Below are positions 1 through 6,868 of a DNA stretch of 40,169 nt, piece after piece. Location: contig JAADIO010000034.1 in assembly GCA_013151235.1 (NCBI GenBank), positions 1 through 40,169 on the forward strand, given 5' to 3'. Origin of the DNA: Deltaproteobacteria bacterium (GTDB taxonomy: Bacteria > CG2-30-53-67). The position numbers were made by a program, and so were the translations under genes. The number at the start of each line of letters is the position of its first letter. Position 1 is the first letter of the stretch. The notes beneath the pieces were generated by a model. The model did not search any database, was not told the DNA's origin, and saw only the letters and a list, made by a program, of their open reading frames with translations.

Positions 1-249
1 CCCGCCAGGATGGAGAAAATCTTTCCGGAATAGTCCGGCGAAGGGGTCCGATTGTTCCGGGATAAATTTCCTGAACTCTTCCGGGTCCATCGGGTCGTCA
101 TGATCCGGAGACCTCCAGGCTGGTAAGTTCAGCCCGGATGATTCGCAGATAATGGCGTTAATCACTTCCCGGCATGAAATCTTGAGGATGGATGGTACCA
201 TCCGGACCGGGATGAAATCGTTTCTTTTGGAGTGATGTTCTTTCATCAT
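1..249 (-). CDS. Hypothetical protein, 5' part only (runs off window edge); probably cargo of the integrated element
   Basis: Manual translation from ATG at 249: MMKEHHSKRNDFIPVRMVPSILKISCREVINAIICESSGLNLPAWRSPDHDDPMDPEEFRKFIPEQSDPFAGLFRKDFLHPGG, no stop in 83 codons. SD-like AGGGG just upstream. Absent from the ORF track, presumably because no stop lies in the window. Confidence 0.5.
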   Translation of the reverse strand, partial: MMKEHHSKRNDFIPVRMVPSILKISCREVINAIICESSGLNLPAWRSPDHDDPMDPEEFRKFIPEQSDPFAGLFRKDFLHPGG

Positions 250-395
250 GGCATCCCCTACATGCCCCCTGAAAAATATGGGGAAGGTCGCCCAGGGTCG
301 CCGCCTTTTCGGTCCGTCGACCTATCCCCGAACTCGAATCTCCGTACTTATCCCGTACTTGTTTTTGCCAAAAGCCAACAATACAAGACAACTTC

Positions 396-423
396 AGTAT
401 ACATAAATTTTAAATGAAATCAA
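396..423 (-). promoter_or_regulatory. Putative sigma70 promoter TTGATT-N16-TATACT reading leftwards
   Basis: Reverse complement of 418-423 and 396-401, in AT-rich DNA upstream of the partial ORF. Confidence 0.4.
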
Positions 424-434
424 GGACTTTATTG

Positions 435-463
435 TTGACTTGTATCGTGGAGATTTGTATATT
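435..463 (+). promoter_or_regulatory. Putative sigma70 promoter TTGACT-N17-TATATT reading towards the tRNA fragment
   Basis: TTGACT 435-440, TATATT 458-463, 17-bp spacer. Confidence 0.5.
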
Positions 464-478
464 TTGCATAATCTCGCT

Positions 479-533
479 TTGAGGGGGCAGTGAGGGAAAC
501 CTCGTACGAGTTCGAGTCTCGTCTTCGGCACCA
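479..533 (+). pseudogene. 3' half of tRNA-Leu(GAG); probable attachment-site (attR-type) remnant
   Basis: TT-GAG-GG anticodon loop, GGCAG 3' anticodon stem, long variable arm GAGG-GAAA-CCTC, T-arm ACGAG-TTCGAGT-CTCGT, acceptor strand CTTCGGC, discriminator A, CCA. The required 5' half (GCCGAAG..., D-arm, CTGCC) is absent upstream. Confidence 0.85.
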
Positions 534-790
534 TTTAAAACCTGGGGTGCAGGTCTTTCGGCCTGTTACGGAATCCGGCCCGCCTTCATTTAATGCTTCT
601 CTGCAAGAGCGGCTATCCGTCTGTCAAAATTCCTTGTTACCATTGCACTTTTACGGCAATGCCTTTCGGTTGAACTTTCTCCCGACTTTCTGCTATGATG
701 GAAAAAGGATATTGGGTGATGTTGCGTCCATGATATTTCCGGGCATGATCTCTATGGGCGTTGTACTGCTTCCGGAGGGTTGTCTGTTCT

Positions 791-1159
791 ATGGCTGTCA
801 AAAAGATTCTCGTGGTCGAGGACAACGCGACGAACCGCAAACTTTTTACGACCATTCTTCAGATTGAGCACTATGAGGTCTTTGAGGCGGAAGATGCCGT
901 CCGGGGGCTGGAACTGGCACGGCAATATCGCCCGGACCTGATTCTGATGGATATTCAGCTTCCCGGGATGGACGGACTCACGGCCACCCGGAAGCTCAAA
1001 GAGGACCTTGGCCTGAAAGATATTCCCGTACTGGCTTTGACGGCCTTTGCCATGGCCGGAGATCATCAAAAGGCGATCGATGCCGGTTGTAACGGCTATA
1101 TCAGTAAACCGATCAAGGTGGAGAGCTTTCTGGAACAGATTGTCCCCTTCCTTCAGTGA
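791..1159 (+). CDS. Single-domain response regulator (DivK/CheY-like receiver)
   Basis: ILVVEDN, LILMDIQLPGMDG, LTAFAM, ISKP motifs; ATG 791 after GGAGGG. Confidence 0.93.
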   Translation: MAVKKILVVEDNATNRKLFTTILQIEHYEVFEAEDAVRGLELARQYRPDLILMDIQLPGMDGLTATRKLKEDLGLKDIPVLALTAFAMAGDHQKAIDAGCNGYISKPIKVESFLEQIVPFLQ

Positions 1160-1163
1160 ACAG

Positions 1164-2861
1164 ATGACGGTAAAACTCAGACTCACGCTACTGAAAAAAT
1201 TAAATCTCCTGACGATCTTTCTGATTGTGGTGACGATCTCGGTAATGGCGGCCTTTGTGATTCATGATGAAATCAAGGATCATATCGAGGAATCCCTTGA
1301 TCATGGCCGTGTCATCGCGAGTCTTCTTGCGGAGAAGGTTGCCCTCGGGTTATCCGGGAAAAACCGGGAGGTATTGGATCGGGTTTTGGATCACTTTATT
1401 TACGACTCCTCGATTGCCTATGTCTATATTCTGGACCGGTCGGAACGGGTGATCAGTTACAAAACCCGGGGAGGCGATGCCGTTCTCTTCTCGAAGATAC
1501 GGTACCGCCCCGTGCCGTCCGCTCCCGATTTGCGTTACGGAGAATTCATCCGTTCCGACGACGGGAAGAAATATCTCGATCTTTTTATCCCTGTGGTTCG
1601 CAGCCGGGATAAAGTGACTGGTTCGGCCCGTGGAAATACACCGGAGATGCGGAAGGTCGACACGATTGGGTTCATCCACCTCGGTTTTTCCGAGGAGCGA
1701 TCCCGCCTTCAGATCCGGTCCTTCCTGACCTCCACGATTCTCGTTACCCTTTTATTGATGGTTTTGGGGTCTCTCCTGACTTTGCTGCTGACCCGGCGGA
1801 TGACGCGTCCTATTCAGGACCTGATTGCCGGGGCCCGGAGGATCGGAGAAGGGGATCTGGATCAGGACCTCCGTATCGATTCCCATGACGAGATCGCAGC
1901 TCTTGCCCGGGAGTTCAACCGGATGGTGAACCGGCTGAGACACTCCCGGGACCGGATCAATGAGTATCAGAACAACCTGGAAAGGCTTGTGGAGACGCGG
2001 ACCTGCGACTTGCAGAAGGCAACAACCCGGGCTCGGGAGATGGCCCATGAGGCCCAGGCGGCAAACCGTGCCAAGAGCTCCTTTCTTGCGAACATGAGCC
2101 ATGAACTGCGTACTCCTCTGAACGCGATCATCGGTTTTGCCGAACTTCTTGAGGGGAGATACTTCGGTGAATTGAACGAAAAGCAGGCGGAACATCTTCA
2201 CCAAATCCTGGAAAGCGGCCGGCATCTCCTCTCTCTCGTAGAGGACATTCTGAATCTTTCCATGATTGAGGTCGGGCAGGTTTCCTTCTCGCCGTCCAGA
2301 GTGAATATGCGCCGGCTTCTGGAAGAGAGCCTTATGCTGATACGGGAGAAGGCAATCCGTCACAACATCCGCCTGGTCGCCCGTATTGATGAAGTTCCGG
2401 AATGGATGATGTCCGATGAACGGAAGGTGAAGCAGATCGTTTTTAACCTTCTTTCCAATGCCGCAAAGTTTACTCCTGAAGGAGGGGAGATCCGGATTGA
2501 GGCCGAACGGATTGAAACTGCGGGACTTTCCGAAAGGGTTCCGCCTCTTTTCCGGGAAGAAGTGCGGATGGTGCTTGATCCCGGCCACCGTTCCTATTTG
2601 CTGGTTTCCGTTTCCGATACCGGTATCGGTATTGACCGGGCGGCATGGAAGGGGATCTTCCTTCCCTTCGCCCAGCAAGACGAGACCGTTATTAAACGTT
2701 TCGGCGGTACGGGCCTGGGGCTTTCCGTCTGCCGTGAGTTGATCCATCTTCATTCCGGGGCAATCTGGGTGGAGAGCGAGCCGGGAAAAGGGAGTGTCTT
2801 TACCTTTGTTCTGCCGTTGCTTCAAAAAGGAAACGGTGTTACGATGACGGCGTCGTCCTGA
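1164..2861 (+). CDS. Membrane sensor histidine kinase (2 TM, HAMP, HisKA, HATPase)
   Basis: Two hydrophobic segments, HAMP (DEIAALAREFNRM), H-box FLANMSHELRTPLN, N-box NLLSNAAKFT, DTGIG and GGTGLGL boxes; ATG 1164 is 4 bp after the regulator stop. Confidence 0.93.
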   Translation: MTVKLRLTLLKKLNLLTIFLIVVTISVMAAFVIHDEIKDHIEESLDHGRVIASLLAEKVALGLSGKNREVLDRVLDHFIYDSSIAYVYILDRSERVISYKTRGGDAVLFSKIRYRPVPSAPDLRYGEFIRSDDGKKYLDLFIPVVRSRDKVTGSARGNTPEMRKVDTIGFIHLGFSEERSRLQIRSFLTSTILVTLLLMVLGSLLTLLLTRRMTRPIQDLIAGARRIGEGDLDQDLRIDSHDEIAALAREFNRMVNRLRHSRDRINEYQNNLERLVETRTCDLQKATTRAREMAHEAQAANRAKSSFLANMSHELRTPLNAIIGFAELLEGRYFGELNEKQAEHLHQILESGRHLLSLVEDILNLSMIEVGQVSFSPSRVNMRRLLEESLMLIREKAIRHNIRLVARIDEVPEWMMSDERKVKQIVFNLLSNAAKFTPEGGEIRIEAERIETAGLSERVPPLFREEVRMVLDPGHRSYLLVSVSDTGIGIDRAAWKGIFLPFAQQDETVIKRFGGTGLGLSVCRELIHLHSGAIWVESEPGKGSVFTFVLPLLQKGNGVTMTASS

Positions 2862-2963
2862 AAAGAGAAAAGTCCTTACCATGAAGGTCATGAAGAAAAA
2901 TCAAATTCAAAGAGAAACCAAAAACAATTAACCACGGGGAATGCGGGGAAGATCTGAAAAACG

Positions 2964-4457
2964 ATGTCGAACCGAACGATTCTCCTTCTGGTGATCATTG
3001 CAGCAGCGGCATGGTTTCTGTACGAACCGGTCATGGACCGGTATTTTACTGATACCTCACTACGGGTTTCCGAACCCCTTTCCCCCTTTTCCGGTGATCA
3101 GCCCTCATCGCACCTTGAGACGAAGCGACTCGATGTCACTCTGGCCTCTTACGGGGGAAGAATTCTTTCCGTACGTCTGAAGAAATTTGTCGGCAGTGAT
3201 GGAAAGCCGGTGGAATTGATCTCCGGCCTTCTGAAGAGCCGGGGGGGGATCCGGATAGAGATCCCCGGGGAAGAGGGGCTTGACGATGGTCTCTACCATT
3301 TTTCCCGGGATGGACATGGGGTCGTTTTTTTTCGGCAAGCTCCTTCCGGTCTGGAGGTGCGAAAATCCTATTCCCCCCTTGGGAATTCGGCACTGGCCTT
3401 CCGTTTGCAATTAGTCAATCGGTCCGGGAAACGTATTTCTCTTCCCGGGGGCTACCGGATTATCCCTTTCTACGGGATTGGACTGGACGGAGAGAATGGG
3501 AGGAAGTATCTCAAGGTCGTCTGGAAAGAGGAAGGGGGGGATGAGGTCTACCGTGAAAAGGCTGCGAAGGTTAAAGAGCCGGTCCGGACGGAGAAAGCGG
3601 TTGCCTGGATGGGGTTGCAGAATCGTTATTTTGCCCAGGTCATTGTTCCCCTCAACCGGAAGTTGCCGGCATCTCTGCTCCCTTTAGGGGATCGGCAGGT
3701 TTATGCCGTTTTGCAGGCACCCTCCGTGATTCTGGACCCGGGCCGGTCCGTGGAGACGACCTTTCTTTTCTATTTCGGTCCCCTGTCGGAAAAGAACTTA
3801 AAGGGGTATTATCCGGGTCTGGAGGCGATCGTTGATTACGGGACCTTTGATTTTCTCGGCCGGGCGGTGGTCGTGCTCCTGCACTGGATCCATGGTTATA
3901 CCGCCAATTACGGGGTCTGCCTGATCCTCCTAGCTTTTGTGCTCCGGGTTCTTCTCTTTCCCGTGACGCAGTATAACCTCCGTTCTCTCCGGGAAATGCC
4001 GAGGATCCTTGACTCAATCTACAGTATCGAGGAGGAGGAGAAAGATCCGGACCGTGCGGCGGAGTTAACCCGTCCTCTGCGGAAGAAGCAGATCCGGGCC
4101 ATGGCCGGAAGCTTCCTTCCCCTCGCGATTCAGATTCCCCTTTTTCTGGCCCTCTACGAGGCGCTGAACCGGTCGATTGATCTTCGGAGGGCGGGGTTCA
4201 TCTTTTGGGTGAAAGACCTCTCCGTCCGGGACCCTTATTTTTTGCTGCCCCTCCTGATGGGGCTTGCCATGATTCTTCAGCAGCGCCTCACGTCGGCCAA
4301 TCCGGGAGAAGATCACACCTGGCTCTATATGCCCCTTGGTTTTGCTCTCCTTTTTTCTTTTTTTCCGGCCGGGTTGGTTCTCTTCTGGCTGGTCGATTCC
4401 CTTTTCTCCGTGGTCCAGCTTGCCTGGATTTCTACCAGCAAACGTGTCATGAGGTGA
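2964..4457 (+). CDS. yidC: Membrane protein insertase YidC family (divergent)
   Basis: N-terminal TM, periplasmic domain (WMGLQNRYFAQ, FYFGP), NYGVCLILL..LRVLLFP, LPLAIQIPLFLALY, WVKDLSVRDPYFLLP, FPAGLVLFW. Confidence 0.88.
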   Translation: MSNRTILLLVIIAAAAWFLYEPVMDRYFTDTSLRVSEPLSPFSGDQPSSHLETKRLDVTLASYGGRILSVRLKKFVGSDGKPVELISGLLKSRGGIRIEIPGEEGLDDGLYHFSRDGHGVVFFRQAPSGLEVRKSYSPLGNSALAFRLQLVNRSGKRISLPGGYRIIPFYGIGLDGENGRKYLKVVWKEEGGDEVYREKAAKVKEPVRTEKAVAWMGLQNRYFAQVIVPLNRKLPASLLPLGDRQVYAVLQAPSVILDPGRSVETTFLFYFGPLSEKNLKGYYPGLEAIVDYGTFDFLGRAVVVLLHWIHGYTANYGVCLILLAFVLRVLLFPVTQYNLRSLREMPRILDSIYSIEEEEKDPDRAAELTRPLRKKQIRAMAGSFLPLAIQIPLFLALYEALNRSIDLRRAGFIFWVKDLSVRDPYFLLPLLMGLAMILQQRLTSANPGEDHTWLYMPLGFALLFSFFPAGLVLFWLVDSLFSVVQLAWISTSKRVMR

Positions 4458-4473
4458 GGGAAAGGAGTTTCCC

Positions 4474-5262
4474 GTGAAATTTTTTCGGGTTCTACTGATC
4501 GGGGCGATCTTTGTTACGTTCTCTGCTTCCGGTACTCCGGCGATCCGGAGAGGGGGTTTGCCCGGTTCCGCCGTTTCCGTGCCTTTCAAGAAGGGGGAGG
4601 AATTGCATTATGTGATCCGCTGGGGGTTCATCCCGGCCGGGAAGGGGACCCTGACGATCTCAAAAAAAGCGGGAAAAGACGGGATTTATCACATCATCAC
4701 CACGGTTCGGAGTAATGCCTTTGTGGATACCTTCTATAAAGTTCGGAACAGGATTGAGTCTTTTTTCGATCTGAAAAACGATTCCTCCCTGCGGTACCGG
4801 AAGGTACAACGGGAGGGGCGGCACCATCGGGATGTCGATCTGATTTTCGACCATGAAAAAAATGAAGCGACGTTGATCAAAAACGGCGAGGTGCAAAAAA
4901 CGATCCAGGTGCCGCATAGGATTCAAGATCCGCTTTCTGCGATCTACGATCTCCGGATGGTCAAAGACCTGGAGACGGAACCGGTGCTGAATGTGACGGA
5001 CGGCAAGAAGAACTATCGTGTCCGGGTTCTTAACCTCGGGCGGGAACGAATCAAAACCCCACTCGGCTATTTTAATACGATCAAAGTGGAGCCGGTTGTG
5101 GAAGATATGGAGCTGATCTTCGACAAGAAGAAAAAAGGAAAGCTACTGATTTGGCTGACTGATGATGGGAAGAAGGTTCCCGTGAAGATGAAGAGTGAGC
5201 TGACCTTCGGCTCGATTCAGGTCCTTCTCACGAAAGCGAACGTCCGTCTCGATGTGAAGTGA
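4474..5262 (+). CDS. Exported DUF3108-like protein
   Basis: Signal peptide; GEELHY..W..IPAG, DPLSAIY, E.IKTPLGYF.T.KV, IWLTDD..KVPVK pattern; AAGGAG SD before GTG. Confidence 0.8.
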   Translation: MKFFRVLLIGAIFVTFSASGTPAIRRGGLPGSAVSVPFKKGEELHYVIRWGFIPAGKGTLTISKKAGKDGIYHIITTVRSNAFVDTFYKVRNRIESFFDLKNDSSLRYRKVQREGRHHRDVDLIFDHEKNEATLIKNGEVQKTIQVPHRIQDPLSAIYDLRMVKDLETEPVLNVTDGKKNYRVRVLNLGRERIKTPLGYFNTIKVEPVVEDMELIFDKKKKGKLLIWLTDDGKKVPVKMKSELTFGSIQVLLTKANVRLDVK

Positions 5263-5278
5263 GTCTTTTCCGTTCTCC

Positions 5279-5494
5279 TCAACGAGAGTGGTTTTCGACA
5301 GTCGATGTCGCCTGCTTTTCTTCCCAGACCCGCTCTCCTGCCAGGGTACGTTCAATAAGATCCTGCTTCCGCTCGGAATCCTGCAGAGAGGTCAGCATGC
5401 TCAGGAATTTTACCTGGTCTTCGAAACCGAGCGTCGAAGAGAGGCTGAAAACCTTCATGATCTCAGGTGTCATCTTGCCGGGTGCGTAGTGCAT
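5279..5494 (-). CDS. Small hypothetical protein (71 aa)
   Basis: MHYAPGKMTPEIMKVFSLSSTLGFEDQVKFLSMLTSLQDSERKQDLIERTLAGERVWEEKQATSTVENHSR; protein-like amphipathic composition, fills the gap convergent to the DUF3108 gene, has its own promoter. The 214-aa upstream extension in the ORF track runs through repeats. Confidence 0.65.
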   Translation of the reverse strand: MHYAPGKMTPEIMKVFSLSSTLGFEDQVKFLSMLTSLQDSERKQDLIERTLAGERVWEEKQATSTVENHSR

Positions 5495-5504
5495 AACCAG
5501 AACC

Positions 5505-5550
5505 TGTGAATGAGCTGTGGACAAGTTGTGAGTGATATGAGTGTGAATAT
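5505..5550. promoter_or_regulatory. Array of four co-oriented DnaA-box-like 9-mers
   Basis: TGTGAATGA 5505-5513, TGTGGACAA 5516-5524, TGTGAGTGA 5527-5535, TGTGAATAT 5542-5550 versus consensus TGTGNAWAA (1,1,2,1 mismatches); first three at 11-bp period. Confidence 0.6.
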
Positions 5551-5575
5551 TATCTTTCCCGGTGGAGAAAGTCAA
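5547..5575 (-). promoter_or_regulatory. Putative sigma70 promoter TTGACT-N17-TAATAT for the 71-aa gene
   Basis: Reverse complement of 5570-5575 and 5547-5552, 17-bp spacer. Confidence 0.6.
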
Positions 5576-5683
5576 GAAAAACAAACCCCGGGACTTTACC
5601 AAAACTTGGAGAAAACCGGGGAATCGATGTAAAGCAGGATCCTGTAAAAACCCCAAATAAAGTCGAAAGCAAAAGTGATTAAT

Positions 5684-5986
5684 AACCACACGCGGCGCAA
5701 GCGCCTGCGCCGCGCGCGGGGAACACCTGTCTGTGTGCAACGCACAGGCAGGCGGGGAGGCACGGGGATAGACCAGGGGACAAAGTATCAAAGGCACACA
5801 GGCACAGAGTTTAAGATCAAAATCAACTGCAAAATCTGTTCGACAGGATGAACAGGATCGACAGGAGACGAAAACACAACTCCCCCGAAGGGAGAGCGTA
5901 CCTCCTGTCACGCAGCCGAGCATCGCAGAAAGAGAGGGGGAAAGGGCGAGATCGTGTGGTTTCGACTGAGCTCACCATGCTCGGAA
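5684..5986. repeat. Intergenic mosaic of REP-like hairpins and short tandem repeats
   Basis: Hairpins 5691-5714 and 5726-5752; tandem units 5793-5810 and 5841-5866; REP-like unit ~5954-5986 shared with the MITE interiors. Confidence 0.7.
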
Positions 5987-6030
5987 ATCCAAAGATATAG
6001 ACCGTTCAGGGGCGATCATGCGACGCATGT

Positions 6031-6675
6031 TTACGTATACGATCTTTCCGCAAGTTCGCCGAACCGCTGCAGGATGGAAAGCCCGGTCGTCTGGCTCTTT
6101 TCCGGATGGAACTGTACGGCAAAAATATTTTCTTTCCAGATCATGGAGGTGAAGTCGATGCCGTAACGGGTTGTTGTGGCAATGACGGAAGGATCATCGG
6201 GGACGACATAGTAGGAATGAACGAAATAGAGGAAGTCCTCTTCGGCGACATCGTGCAGAATCGGTGGTGAGAGGTTTTTGTGGATGGTATTCCACCCCAT
6301 GTGGGGAATCTTCAGCTTTTCTCCGTCGGACTCGTTTGAAACATCGAACCGGAATCGCCGCACCTTCCCCGGGATTAAGTCGAGCCCCCGGTGGGTACCG
6401 AATTCTTCACTCTCCGTAAACAGGATATGAAGGCCGAGGCAGATTCCGAGATAGGGTTTTCCCGCCTGGATATGTTGCACGATGGCTTTCGTGAGTTGCC
6501 TCTTCTCCAGGTTTGCCATGCAGTCCCGGAAGGCCCCCACGCCGGGAAGGACGAGGGACGAGGCATTCCGGATGGCTTCCGCATCCCGGACTACGCGGGC
6601 GGAGAATCCTGCCTTTTCGAACCCTTTTTCCACACTTCGCAGGTTCCCCATACCGTAATCGACGATTGTAATCAT
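6031..6675 (-). CDS. hisH: Imidazole glycerol phosphate synthase glutaminase subunit
   Basis: IVDYGMGNLRSV, LPGVGAF, LGICLG, KIPHMGWN, YFVHSY, QFHPEKS. Confidence 0.96.
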   Translation of the reverse strand: MITIVDYGMGNLRSVEKGFEKAGFSARVVRDAEAIRNASSLVLPGVGAFRDCMANLEKRQLTKAIVQHIQAGKPYLGICLGLHILFTESEEFGTHRGLDLIPGKVRRFRFDVSNESDGEKLKIPHMGWNTIHKNLSPPILHDVAEEDFLYFVHSYYVVPDDPSVIATTTRYGIDFTSMIWKENIFAVQFHPEKSQTTGLSILQRFGELAERSYT

Positions 6676-6723
6676 TTCCGCCTCTTCTCGGAACATGTGT
6701 AAGCCAATATCATACAGGGCGCC

Positions 6724-6752
6724 ATTGTAGTGTTTTCAGGGAAAGGTGTCAA
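6724..6752 (-). promoter_or_regulatory. sigma70 promoter for hisH, TTGACA-N17-TACAAT
   Basis: Reverse complement of 6747-6752 and 6724-6729. Confidence 0.7.
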
Positions 6753-6780
6753 TGAAGTTTCTGTTCCCTGACCCGGCAAC

Positions 6781-6809
6781 TTGACAGGAATTTGAATGGG
6801 ATGTAATTT
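6781..6809 (+). promoter_or_regulatory. sigma70 promoter for the hybrid kinase, TTGACA-N17-TAATTT
   Basis: TTGACA 6781-6786, TAATTT 6804-6809; back-to-back with the hisH promoter. Confidence 0.55.
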
Positions 6810-6868
6810 TGAAAAATCCTGCACACGTTTCGTTGCGGTTTATCGGCAAAGAGAAAAAGGAGTCCCCC

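Noticed and set aside
479-620. Intact or circularly permuted tRNA-Leu
   Set aside because: No GCCGAAG acceptor 5' strand or D-arm immediately upstream, or downstream of the CCA
490-867. 125-aa ORF in the track
   Set aside because: Begins inside the tRNA fragment, crosses promoter-like DNA and overlaps the response regulator out of frame
5495-6030. Chromosomal oriC
   Set aside because: No perfect DnaA box, no convincing AT-rich unwinding element and no dnaA/dnaN/gidA neighbours; the boxes overlap a promoter, favouring a regulatory role (not fully excluded)
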